From NCBI GenBank assembly GCA_035623215.1, contig DASPTW010000042.1:31717-95716 (forward strand): DNA of 64,000 nt. Reading direction: 5' to 3'. The notes under the pieces were generated by a model. It did no database searches. It was given only the letters and a program-made list of their open reading frames with translations, and was not told the origin of the DNA. The translations under genes and the position numbers were made by a program. Source of the stretch: Candidatus Acidiferrum sp. GTDB lineage: Bacteria; Acidobacteriota; Terriglobia; Acidiferrales; UBA7541. This document shows positions 17,625-26,591 of the stretch, in pieces (the first letter of the stretch is position 1; the number at the start of each line of letters is the position of its first letter).

Positions 17625-18344
17625 TTACATGAATTTGCGGCGCTTGAAGGCGGAGACGTCGGCGGGGTCGAGGTCGAACCACTCGCCGTTTTTGCGTTTG
17701 GCAGCGAAGCGCGTATGCCAGTAGGCCTCGATGCCCGGCGGGTCGTCGGTGGAGATGACGTGAACGGAGAGCAAAGGTTCGGGAAGCTGAAGACCCAGCT
17801 CATACTCTCTGCGGCCGGCGGCGTTGCTGCGGCCAATCTTGAAAAACTTGCCGGATTTCATGAGGTAGACGAAACCCGCGCTAGCCGCAGGCGAACCGGG
17901 CTTGCGCCTGGATGCCCGGATTTGTGAAAGGTGGCCCTCGCACAGGGAAGCAATGTCTTCCAATCCTTCCCTGGTCCGGCAAAACTCTAGCAATCTGGCA
18001 AGGAGACTGGCCTTGGAGCCGAATCTTTCAAAAACCGTTGCGTTGGGGAAGGTGGGGTCAGCGCGAGATTGCATCAGAAGATCGCCCTGCGCGGGAATCC
18101 TTCCCAGAGAGCGCGTCAGTTCGATGAACTTTTCGAAGAGGAAAGCGTCTTCGTAGGGAACGGTAAGCTGATTCGGGGTGTACCCAGCTTCCCTGACGGC
18201 ATCTCCCCAGCGTGCCCAGTATTTTCCTATCCAGTCGGATTGGCGGATGCCGGTTTCTTTCAGAAAACGATCGCGACCCAAGGGAACGCCGCCGTTGGCT
18301 TCGGCGGTGCGGCGAATCTCCTGGAGAATGTGTTCCTTGTTCAT
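17625..18344 (-). CDS. GIY-YIG superfamily (T5orf172/MUG113-like) nuclease with N-terminal helical repeats
   Basis: GFVYLMK…FKIGRS…RRE…IEAYWHTRF…RKNGEWF; two N-terminal repeats (…WARWGDAVREAG, …ERFGSK). Confidence 0.8.
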   Translation of the reverse strand: MNKEHILQEIRRTAEANGGVPLGRDRFLKETGIRQSDWIGKYWARWGDAVREAGYTPNQLTVPYEDAFLFEKFIELTRSLGRIPAQGDLLMQSRADPTFPNATVFERFGSKASLLARLLEFCRTREGLEDIASLCEGHLSQIRASRRKPGSPAASAGFVYLMKSGKFFKIGRSNAAGRREYELGLQLPEPLLSVHVISTDDPPGIEAYWHTRFAAKRKNGEWFDLDPADVSAFKRRKFM

Positions 18345-18345
18345 T

Positions 18346-18386
18346 GGTTCGTGCGGGGGTTCGTGCGGGGCCTCGTGTGGGGGCTC
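18346..18386. repeat. 12-bp tandem repeat (GGTTCGTGCGGG)x3
   Basis: Two perfect units and one degenerate unit immediately upstream of the ATG at 18344. Confidence 0.75.
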
Positions 18387-18559
18387 TTCACACGGTTGCG
18401 GCGTTGGCGGGCTGGGAAGGCGCGGGGCACCGAAGCAGGCTGTTACGTATTTGGTTATGCGGCTTTTCAGACCGCGGGAAGAATTCGTACTCATGAGAGA
18501 TTCCTAGCGCCCTTGGAGTATTGAGTCTTGCGAACATTGAGTGGCGTGCAGACTCAGAA

Positions 18560-18797
18560 AAAGCGGCGTCCCTTCGAGGCTCAGGGTAAACAAGCCGCCG
18601 TACTTCAAAATGCCGGGCTAAAGCCCGGCGCTACGAAGGGCAAACGAAATAGAAAAGCAGATCCCTCACCGCCGTTCGCGAGAACTCGCTCGCCCGCTTA
18701 CCGAGGGCAACGCGCCGTCCCTGGCGAAGGCGGGCGGGGAGTAGAGACAGGCCGCCTGCAAGATGTTGCAGACGGGCAGGGCAAGCCCCGTCCCTAC
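18560..18797. repeat. cluster of REP-like palindromes
   Basis: AAAGCGGCGTC[21 bp]AAGCCGCCG; GCCGGGCTAAAGCCCGGCGCTAC (18612-18634); AAAAGCAGATCCCTC (from 18653); GACGGGCAGGGCAAGCCCCGTCCCTAC (18771-18797). Confidence 0.75.
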
Positions 18798-18798
18798 A

Positions 18799-19257
18799 CT
18801 ACTTCCGCGACGCAACATGAGTTGCAAAGCGGTTCCTAATGGCGCCCACCCAAACGTAAACGGTTTGATCGCTTTCGATGCGATCGTCATGAATCGATTT
18901 GCGGACTTCGCCGGAAGCGATCAGGCGCTTGAGGACGGTTCCAAGCGAAGCTCTAAAGTTCTTATAGTCGTTCACGGGGAAAAAGAGCTGATCGAGCCGA
19001 GCGGTAACCTCGCTGGTGGTAAGCCCGCGAGATCCGGCAGTACGCAAAGTGGTGCGGATGGCGTCGGTAAGGCCGCCCAGATTGAGCTCCAGAAGCTGGT
19101 CGGTGGCTTCGCTGTCGTCGACGAGAGTGACGAGGGCGGCAACGCGGCGCTGCTGTTTGGCGATGCGAACCTCGAGCTCCTCGCGCTGGCGAAAGAGAGC
19201 GGCGAGCTCCTCGCGAGCTTTGGTGAGGGCGGCGTCGGTCTTGGTCTGATAGGCCAT
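18799..19257 (-). CDS. hypothetical protein (N-terminal coiled coil, possible winged-helix C-terminus)
   Basis: 152 aa; heptad pattern followed by LTDAIR…GLTTSEV…LKRLIASGEV. Confidence 0.65.
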   Translation of the reverse strand: MAYQTKTDAALTKAREELAALFRQREELEVRIAKQQRRVAALVTLVDDSEATDQLLELNLGGLTDAIRTTLRTAGSRGLTTSEVTARLDQLFFPVNDYKNFRASLGTVLKRLIASGEVRKSIHDDRIESDQTVYVWVGAIRNRFATHVASRK

Positions 19258-19348
19258 CGAACTGGTTATACATCATGTCTAAGCATATGTCAATGGAAAT
19301 GTATAATGGCTTCTGTTTCGCTGGTGATCCGCTCTTTACATAAGAACT

Positions 19349-19492
19349 AAAAGCAGATCCCTCCGCCTCGGACAGCGGAAGACCGCTGCCTGAGCGTCGG
19401 GATGACATTAGGGGGTACGTTGTGGAAATAGTGAGAAGGGGCCGCGAGGAGACTAGGACAGAACCAGCAGCACAGACTAAAGTCTGTGCCAC
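19349..19492. repeat. AGCAGATCCCT…GGGATGACA repeat plus GTGG-type REP-like hairpin
   Basis: 19349-19407 ends in CGGGATGACA; 19470-19492 is GCACAGACTAAAGTCTGTGCCAC. Confidence 0.7.
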
Positions 19493-19584
19493 AAAATCCC
19501 GGCTCGTTCTTTGGTTGTCGCGGTTTGCGCAACTTCGTGATCGTTGCTTGACCGCGGCTGGCCGCAATCTGCTACGATTTCGCC

Positions 19585-20439
19585 ATGAGAAAAGCGAAAC
19601 TCTTTCCGCTCGGCGTGCTCGCCGCAGCTCTTTCGTTCGGTGTGCCCGCGTCGGCCCAAACTGCGCCAGGCTCGCTGGAGTTCACCGCGCACATTACTCC
19701 CACCGCGGCAAAAGCGGAGCCGGTGCGGGATTTCACGTTTTACATTCTCACCAAGAGCTACACCGAAATCGTCAAAGAAGTTGAAGGAAAGGATCCCGTC
19801 CCGCAGCGCGACGAATTCATCGACGGCCTGAAAGTTTCTCCGGAGCTGCGAACCTGGCTGAAAAATCATGACGTCATGGACCTCACCTCACCCGACATCG
19901 ACAAACTGATTTCCTCCGACGATGTCATCAATGTCCCGGAATTTCTGCTGGCTTACCAGCGGTCGAACAGCGGCGGCGTCACCAAGGGCCTCCCCAAGCC
20001 GAAATACAAGGAGGAAGACAAGACCAAGGATCCCGAAAAGTATGAAAAGCTCCGGCAGGATTATTTGAATGCGCTGAGAAAATTTATCCGGTCGTATCCG
20101 GAAACCGTTTCCGGCGTGGAGCTGGAGCTGGACGGCGTGAATCCCGAGAGAAAGTGGTCGGCCCTGCAAAAAGACCGTAACCGCCGCGTCGAGCACACCG
20201 CACCGGATATGGCGCAGCTCAATTTTTTGGCGGCGAAGGTGGATACGGACCTGAATGGCCACGCTTCCGTGTCCGGACTTGCGCCGGGAAGTTACTGGAT
20301 TTCTTCGCTGAACTTGCAGGCCGATGCCGGAGACATGCGCGTGCGCTGGGACGTCCCGGTTAAGATTGAAGCAGGCCAGACGACGCGAATCGAGCTGTCG
20401 AATCTGAACACGACGGAAAACCGCAGTTCCACTCCCTGA
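19585..20439 (+). CDS. secreted hypothetical protein with C-terminal carboxypeptidase-regulatory-like beta-sandwich
   Basis: Signal peptide ending ASA-Q; DTDLNGHASVSGLAPGSYWI…V.I.AGQTT.I.L pattern. Confidence 0.7.
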   Translation: MRKAKLFPLGVLAAALSFGVPASAQTAPGSLEFTAHITPTAAKAEPVRDFTFYILTKSYTEIVKEVEGKDPVPQRDEFIDGLKVSPELRTWLKNHDVMDLTSPDIDKLISSDDVINVPEFLLAYQRSNSGGVTKGLPKPKYKEEDKTKDPEKYEKLRQDYLNALRKFIRSYPETVSGVELELDGVNPERKWSALQKDRNRRVEHTAPDMAQLNFLAAKVDTDLNGHASVSGLAPGSYWISSLNLQADAGDMRVRWDVPVKIEAGQTTRIELSNLNTTENRSSTP

Positions 20440-20457
20440 GGCGCGAGCGCGGCCGCA

Positions 20458-21378
20458 ATGGGCAGGCCTCTGCACTGGATCATTTTTAATCTTTTTGTAT
20501 TGACCGCCATCGCGCTCGATTTGCGCGTGTTCCATCGGCAGCCGCACAAGATCGGGTTGCGCGAGGCGGCGGTTTCCAGCTTCGGCTGGATCGCAATTTC
20601 GGTAATCTTTGGATTGGGATTGCTGCATTTTTGGGGCGAGCAGCCCGCGCTCGAATTTTTTACGGGCTATCTGATTGAAAAAGCGCTCAGCGTAGACAAT
20701 TTGTTTTTGTTCCTGGTGATTTTCCGCGCCTTTGCGGTGGAGGACCGGCTGCAGCACCGCTTGCTCCAATGGGGCGTCGTTGGCGCGCTGGTCATGCGCG
20801 GCTTGATGATCGGGCTGGGAGCCGAACTGATCGGGCATTTTTCCTGGGTACTGTATTTGCTGGGCGCGTTTCTCGTCTACGCCGGCATCAAGCTGTTCTT
20901 CAAAAAAGAGGACGTGCACCCCGAAGACAGCAAAATCGTGCGCTTCGCCAACCGCTATTTGCGCGTCACGCGCGAATATGGCGGCGAGCATTTCTTTGTG
21001 AGAAACGCGGGCAAATTGTTCGCAACGCCGCTGTTTCTGGTTCTGTTGGTCGTGGAATTCACCGACGTGACCCTGGCGATCGATTCGATTCCCGCGGTTT
21101 TTGGAATCACGCGTGACCCGTTCATCGTGTACACATCGAACGTGCTGGCGATTCTCGGCTTGCGCGCGCTCTACTTTTTGCTGGCTGGCGTGATTGACCG
21201 GTTGCGCTTTCTCGACGAAGGGCTGGCCATCGTTTTGGTGTTCATCGGCGCAAAAATGATTGGCGAGCGCTGGCTGCATATCCCGGTGGGTATTTCGCTT
21301 GGGGTGGTCGGAGGCGTCTTGCTGATTGCGCTGCTGAGTTCAGTGCTGATTCCTCCGAGAAAAAAGCCCAGTTCTTAG
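20458..21378 (+). CDS. TerC/Alx family membrane protein
   Basis: GYLIEKALSVDNLF, VEFTDVTLAIDSIPA, YTSNVLAILGLRALYF. Confidence 0.93.
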   Translation: MGRPLHWIIFNLFVLTAIALDLRVFHRQPHKIGLREAAVSSFGWIAISVIFGLGLLHFWGEQPALEFFTGYLIEKALSVDNLFLFLVIFRAFAVEDRLQHRLLQWGVVGALVMRGLMIGLGAELIGHFSWVLYLLGAFLVYAGIKLFFKKEDVHPEDSKIVRFANRYLRVTREYGGEHFFVRNAGKLFATPLFLVLLVVEFTDVTLAIDSIPAVFGITRDPFIVYTSNVLAILGLRALYFLLAGVIDRLRFLDEGLAIVLVFIGAKMIGERWLHIPVGISLGVVGGVLLIALLSSVLIPPRKKPSS

Positions 21379-21641
21379 TCAGGTTCCATCATCAGCTCGT
21401 CGACGTAGCACCACATCCAATCCTCGCCGCGCTCGAACGATCGAATGACGGGATGCTTGGTGGCGTGAAAATGTTTAGTGGCGTGCTTGTTTTTCGAGGA
21501 GTCGCAACAACCGACATGGCCGCAACTCAGGCACAATCGCAGGTGCACCCAACTGTCGCCCATCTTGAGGCATTCTTCGCAGCCTTTCGTCTTGGGCTTG
21601 ACGGGCCGAATCTGATCGAGGTGACTACAAGTCTCGGCCAT
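21375..21641 (-). CDS. UBP-type zinc finger protein
   Basis: CSH…CEEC…WVHLRLCLSCGHVGCCDSS…HATKHF…H…WCY. Confidence 0.92.
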   Translation of the reverse strand: MAETCSHLDQIRPVKPKTKGCEECLKMGDSWVHLRLCLSCGHVGCCDSSKNKHATKHFHATKHPVIRSFERGEDWMWCYVDELMMEPD

Positions 21642-21658
21642 GCCTGCCTCCTGCAAGA

Positions 21659-23065
21659 TTACTTCGCATGTTGTATAGGAATTCGCACTTGAAAACGCGT
21701 GTCGCCAGGAACGGACTTGACGCTGATGTTGCCGCCCAGGTTTTTGATGATGCGGCTGACCACATCGAGGCCAAGGCCGGTGCCCTCACCGACACCTTTC
21801 GTGGTAAAAAAGGGATCGAAGATACGGGATTGCACTTCGGGAGGAATCCCCGAGCCGTTGTCAGCGATTTCGACAAGGACAAAATCGTTCTCGCGGCCCG
21901 TGCGGATGGTCAAATTGCCGTTGCCGTTCATGGCGTCGGCGGCGTTGTCAATGAGATTGGTCCAGACTTGATTGAGCTCGCTCCCGCTGGCCATGACCTT
22001 GGGCAAATTGGGAGCGAAGTCGCGAGTGACGGTGATGCCGCGCTTGAGCTTGTGATGCATGATGGTAAGAGTCGTCTCAATGCCGCGCTCGATGTCCACT
22101 TCCTGCACCGGGGCCTGATCCATGTAGGAGTATTCTTTGATTGCTTTGATCAGATCGGAAATGCGCGCGGAACTATGTTCGAGTTCCTCGGCGATGCGAT
22201 CCATTTCGAGCAGCGTAGCGAAGCGCGTGAGTTCGGGACCGACAGAAGCGCCGGCCGCTGCCGCGAAGCGCTCCAGATCCGCATCGGTAAGATTGGCCTC
22301 AGCGAGCTGAGGTGCAAGCTTCCACGCATCGGCGACGTTGTGCGATTCGAGCCAGGACTGAATGGCCTCTTCGCGTTCGACGCGCGCGAATTCGTCTTTG
22401 AATTGAGTGGGTTTCAAAGAGGAGCGAATATCTTCTTCCGTTTGCGCGAGCTTGGCGCAATCCTCGGGACCGATCGTGGTGCTGCGAGCGGCAGAGCGGA
22501 GGCGGGCAAGACAATCCCGCAGTGCCGCGGCCGACCGTCGCGCGGCCGCCGAAGGGTTGTTTAGCTCGTGCGCCAAGCCGGCGGAAAGCTTGCCCAGCGC
22601 GGCCAGCTTTTCGTGCTGTTGTTCCTGACGCGTGACGTTGCGAACCCGGTCCGCAAGCAAACCCACCAAACGCCGGACGAGTTCGGGAAGGCGATGGAAC
22701 ATCTCCTCAAAATGCGAGACGTGGAAGGCCAAGTAATGAGAAGGAACGACGGCCCGCCCCGTTACGGAGATGACTTTGAGGCGGGAAAAAGGAAGCATGC
22801 CGCTGACTTCCCCACTATTCATGGTGAATGCCGGGCCGTCGGCTGGACCACGTTCTGCTCTGGCGCGAATTTCGCCTTCGAGCATGATGATCATGAACTC
22901 AGGCTTGTCTCCTTCGCACATGACGATGTCGCCCGGGGAAACGCGGAGCTCCTGGCACCGGGAAACAAACCAGAGCAGGTCGTCCTGCGGCAGGTCAGAG
23001 AAGACGGCGATCTTGCGCAATTGCTCAGCGAGTTGTTCGGGAGGAGTGGTTAGCAGTTCCGTCAT
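21659..23065 (-). CDS. sensor histidine kinase with N-terminal cNMP-binding-like domain
   Basis: AHELNNP H-box, NLIDNA, DNGSGI, FFTTKGVGEGTGLGL. Confidence 0.92.
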   Translation of the reverse strand: MTELLTTPPEQLAEQLRKIAVFSDLPQDDLLWFVSRCQELRVSPGDIVMCEGDKPEFMIIMLEGEIRARAERGPADGPAFTMNSGEVSGMLPFSRLKVISVTGRAVVPSHYLAFHVSHFEEMFHRLPELVRRLVGLLADRVRNVTRQEQQHEKLAALGKLSAGLAHELNNPSAAARRSAAALRDCLARLRSAARSTTIGPEDCAKLAQTEEDIRSSLKPTQFKDEFARVEREEAIQSWLESHNVADAWKLAPQLAEANLTDADLERFAAAAGASVGPELTRFATLLEMDRIAEELEHSSARISDLIKAIKEYSYMDQAPVQEVDIERGIETTLTIMHHKLKRGITVTRDFAPNLPKVMASGSELNQVWTNLIDNAADAMNGNGNLTIRTGRENDFVLVEIADNGSGIPPEVQSRIFDPFFTTKGVGEGTGLGLDVVSRIIKNLGGNISVKSVPGDTRFQVRIPIQHAK

Positions 23066-23093
23066 GGCCGATAAGCTCTTTTTGCGGCGTGCA

Positions 23094-24767
23094 TCATTGG
23101 ACTTTGGCCAGGTATTGATGCATGAATTGGACGACGACCGCGCCCTCGCCCACTCCGGAAGCGACGCGTTTCACCGAGCCGTGACGTACATCGCCCACGA
23201 CAAAAATTCCGGGCACATTGGTTTCCAGCAAGTTCGGGTCGCGTTCCAGCGTCCACGAGCCGGGTTTCTTTCCGTCGCGAATGAGGTCCGGACCGGAAAG
23301 GATGAAGCCATGGTTGTCACGCTCGATCAGGCCGCCGAGCCATTCCGTGCTCGGCAGCGCGCCAATGAAGATGAACAGGCTGGTAGCGGGAAGGTCCTTC
23401 GTTTCGCCCGAAGGAGCGCATTTGACCGTGATGCCGGATAGACGCGATTCGCCTTGAACGCCAACCACGCTGGTCTGCGTCCAAACTTCGATGTTTGGTG
23501 TTTGCTCGATTTGTTCGATCAAGTAGTGCGACATGGTGCTCGCCAGCGAAGTCCCGCGGACGAGCATCACGACTTTTTCCGCGAATTTGGAAAAATGCAT
23601 CGCAGCCTGGCCGGCGGAATTCGCGCCGCCAATGATATACACGGTTTCGCCCTTGCAAGCGATCGCTTCGGAAGTGCCGCCGCCGTAATACACGCCCGCG
23701 CCTTGCAGCCGGTCGATGCCCGGAACGTCCAGCGTGCGCCACTGCACACCCATGGCAAGAAGCAGGACGTGTGAAGAAATTTCCGAGCCGTCGGCGAGTT
23801 TCAAGTAACGGTACGGACCATCGATGCGAATTCCCGTGGCTTCCTGAGGCGACAAAATCTCGACGCCAAAGCGCTTCGCTTGCGCGACAGCGCGCCGCGC
23901 GAGGTCGCTCCCCGTGAGGCCTGAAGGAAAGCCGAGATAATTTTCGATGCGCGAGCTGAGTCCGGCTTGGCCCCCGGGCGCTTCGCGCTCGATGATGACG
24001 GTGCGCAAGCCTTCGCTGGCGCCGTAGACGGCAGCGGCGAGTCCGGCCGGCCCCCCGCCAACGATGGCGAGGTCGTAGAAATTGGTTTGCGCGTGGGTGC
24101 GCAGGCCGATTTTGTCGGCAACCGCGGGTAGCGGAGGCTCCGCAAGCCGCGCACCGTCAGGAAAAAGAATCAATGGAAGCGTTTCCGCCTCCGGGCCCAG
24201 CGAATTGACAAGCCCGCGGACTTCGGGATCGCTTTGCGCCAGTTCGACGTCGATCCATTGATACGGTACCTGATTGCGCGCGAGGAAATCGCGCAGTTCG
24301 TACGAGCGGTTGGACCAACGCGTGCCGAGAACGCGAATGCCTTCGTACGGCGGACGAAACGTTGAATTCCAGTCGTGCAACAAATCGTCGAGCGCAGGAT
24401 AGAGTTTTTCTTCCGGAGGATCCCAGGGCTTCATCAAATAATAGTGAACGCGAGCTTCATTGATGGCGTCAATCGCCGCGCTGGTATCCGCATAAGCAGT
24501 GAGCAACGCCCGCTTGGCCAGCGGATGCATTTCCATAGCTTCGGCGAGGAAGCCGACACCGTCCATTTGAGGCATGCGTTGGTCGGCGAGCAGGAGAGCG
24601 ACGGGGTTATTGCGGGCCTTCAGTTCACGAAGCGTGCCTAGAGCGGCGCTCCCGGAAGTCGCGCGCATGACGCGGTAGCGGTCGGAATAACGGCTGCGCA
24701 AATCGCGCTCAATGGCCCGGAGGACTTCGGGATCGTCATCTACCGTAAGCAGGACAGGCTTTGGCAT
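23094..24767 (-). CDS. response-regulator receiver / thioredoxin-reductase-like FAD oxidoreductase fusion
   Basis: VDDD…DQRMP…KPW receiver; GGGPAG, IENYLGFP, GGANSA, GDVR…VASGVGEG. Confidence 0.92.
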   Translation of the reverse strand: MPKPVLLTVDDDPEVLRAIERDLRSRYSDRYRVMRATSGSAALGTLRELKARNNPVALLLADQRMPQMDGVGFLAEAMEMHPLAKRALLTAYADTSAAIDAINEARVHYYLMKPWDPPEEKLYPALDDLLHDWNSTFRPPYEGIRVLGTRWSNRSYELRDFLARNQVPYQWIDVELAQSDPEVRGLVNSLGPEAETLPLILFPDGARLAEPPLPAVADKIGLRTHAQTNFYDLAIVGGGPAGLAAAVYGASEGLRTVIIEREAPGGQAGLSSRIENYLGFPSGLTGSDLARRAVAQAKRFGVEILSPQEATGIRIDGPYRYLKLADGSEISSHVLLLAMGVQWRTLDVPGIDRLQGAGVYYGGGTSEAIACKGETVYIIGGANSAGQAAMHFSKFAEKVVMLVRGTSLASTMSHYLIEQIEQTPNIEVWTQTSVVGVQGESRLSGITVKCAPSGETKDLPATSLFIFIGALPSTEWLGGLIERDNHGFILSGPDLIRDGKKPGSWTLERDPNLLETNVPGIFVVGDVRHGSVKRVASGVGEGAVVVQFMHQYLAKVQ

Positions 24768-24877
24768 ACCCCTCAGATGACGCGAACGCGGATTTCGTTG
24801 CGTTTATTGCGCCGTTGATCCAGCCAGCGGCCAGCTTCAAATGGCGGCTCGCTCACGCTACAATTCTGGATGCTCTC

Positions 24878-25462
24878 ATGTCCAGCCCTTTGACTTCAGC
24901 GATTGCAGGTCTTTCCGCCGCCGATGCGAGCAAAAGAGAAGCCGCAGCGGAGGAAATTTATCGTCTGGGCCGAGCGAAGGCTGGTTCCGCCATTTCCGAT
25001 TGGTGGAACGACAGCGAACTTTCCGCTCTGCTTCTGGCGCCCAGCCCCGTCGTGACCGTCGGCTTGGCCGTGGCGCGCGAAACTTTCAGCCCCATCCGCA
25101 TCGCCAACGGAACGCCGCGCCTCGCGGAAGTTCCCGCCGAACAAGATGCGGAGGAATTCGAGCTGCATTTCGCCAAGGATATGTCCCTCGACATTCTGAC
25201 TACGCGGGAACCGGGCGGCAACGGGGCTATCGCGAAATTCCTGGCAAAATCCGGAGAAGGGGTACAGCAGGTGGAATACCGCTGCTCAAATGTGGACCGC
25301 GCAACTGCGATTCTCAAGGAAAAATTCAAGGTTTCTCCGGTTTACCCGGAAACGCGGCCCGGCGCCGATGGCACGCGCGTCAACTTTTTTCTGGTGGCGT
25401 CGCCCGATGGCGGCATGGTATTGATCGAGCTTTACGAGGCGCCAGCCGAGCCCAAAAAATGA
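24878..25462 (+). CDS. VOC/glyoxalase-family protein (methylmalonyl-CoA epimerase-like C-terminus)
   Basis: IAKFLAKSGEGVQQV…RPGADGTRVNF…GMVLIELYE. Confidence 0.7.
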   Translation: MSSPLTSAIAGLSAADASKREAAAEEIYRLGRAKAGSAISDWWNDSELSALLLAPSPVVTVGLAVARETFSPIRIANGTPRLAEVPAEQDAEEFELHFAKDMSLDILTTREPGGNGAIAKFLAKSGEGVQQVEYRCSNVDRATAILKEKFKVSPVYPETRPGADGTRVNFFLVASPDGGMVLIELYEAPAEPKK

Positions 25463-25535
25463 GTGGGAACACTTAGAAAACGGACTAAGAGAAGCTACTT
25501 TGGAGCTATAGAAACTTCCGCAGGTTCCATGCTTG

Positions 25536-26333
25536 TTAGCGGCCCCTATCAACTTCCGAAAGGAGTTTCTTGGTCCTTTCATCTGGGGCGAAATCATCGT
25601 CATTACGAATAAATATCCCAATACTTTCAATTTTTTTGGAGTTGGAAATTTTCGAATTGGTACCCTCGCTGTCGTCACAGTTGATCGGAGGGTCCACATC
25701 AAAGGAATTCAGAAAAATCGAAATCTCAATAGAATTGAAAGAAACCTTTTTCACGTCTGCGTCCAGAGATGAACAATGCTTTTGTTTTTCGAGAGTCCTG
25801 AAGGGATATGTCCAAGTCTGAACGAGCCCTGTTTCTGTCTTCACTTTTCCATCGGCGTCGAAAGCGATCACACTGATGGCGCCCGCTCCATAATCTCCAT
25901 AGTTGCAGATGACCAAATCTCGCTTATCGCCCTGTCCAGGTATCTTCTGGCAGATCCCCATCGGGCCATCCCTATGGAAAAAGGACAGCCTCCGCCACGA
26001 GCCCTGTTCCTTGCGCAGGAGAAAGGCGCTAGCAAAACCTTCTGCATGACTAAAGCAAGAAAAACCGGAGCTCAAGAGAGCCTCCGTTTTGCCAACGGAA
26101 GTAAAACTCCCGAACAAAATGCGGTTAATTCCTAAACCACCATTTAAGGGGCCTTCAGAGCCCTCCACCATAAATTCGGGGCAAACTCTGCAACCGGTCT
26201 CAACAAAATCGGCCGGCTTGTCGCAAAGGGCTGATCGCATCGCAGTAAATTCTTGAGGGAGTTTCTCGTTCTCCGAAGCCTGGGTTCCACACAACAACAA
26301 AATAAGAATGTTTAGAAGCTCTGAGATGATCAT
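25536..26333 (-). CDS. hypothetical Cys-rich secreted protein (low GC)
   Basis: Long ORF with signal-like N-terminus, many Cys and atypical AT-rich codons. Confidence 0.6.
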   Translation of the reverse strand: MIISELLNILILLLCGTQASENEKLPQEFTAMRSALCDKPADFVETGCRVCPEFMVEGSEGPLNGGLGINRILFGSFTSVGKTEALLSSGFSCFSHAEGFASAFLLRKEQGSWRRLSFFHRDGPMGICQKIPGQGDKRDLVICNYGDYGAGAISVIAFDADGKVKTETGLVQTWTYPFRTLEKQKHCSSLDADVKKVSFNSIEISIFLNSFDVDPPINCDDSEGTNSKISNSKKIESIGIFIRNDDDFAPDERTKKLLSEVDRGR

Positions 26334-26448
26334 AGCTGGGAAGCTCCCTTTCGACTTCAAACCACGATGACGATTCTGACTAAGAGTTTACCGACACGAC
26401 TGGTGGTGATCCTCGGAATCTTGACAGTTTGTTGAAAATAGCAACCAC

Positions 26449-26557
26449 TTGTCATTCCGAGGGCGGTTTGTGCCCGAGGAATCTGCCTTTCTTCGGTTCT
26501 TTCGAAAAGCAGATCTCTCGCTCAGCCTGCCTGCCGCAGGCAGGCTCGGGATGACAA
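26449..26557. repeat. composite TGTCAT-ended inverted-repeat element (MITE/REP-like)
   Basis: Terminal IRs TTGTCATTCCGAG / CTCGGGATGACAA (12/13 match); nested 19-bp palindrome CCTGCCTGCCGCAGGCAGG at 26526-26544. Confidence 0.75.
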
Positions 26558-26591
26558 CCCATGAGGAGCTTTTTTAGCAAATTCCTAAACC

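Noticed and set aside
18345-18494. Pro-rich N-terminal extension of the GIY-YIG ORF
   Set aside because: Derived from the 12-bp tandem repeat; the start at 18344 is more plausible
18560-19492. CRISPR array
   Set aside because: The hairpins differ from each other, spacing is irregular, and no cas genes are present
19888-21279. 463-aa minus-strand ORF
   Set aside because: Antisense shadow of TerC and the upstream gene
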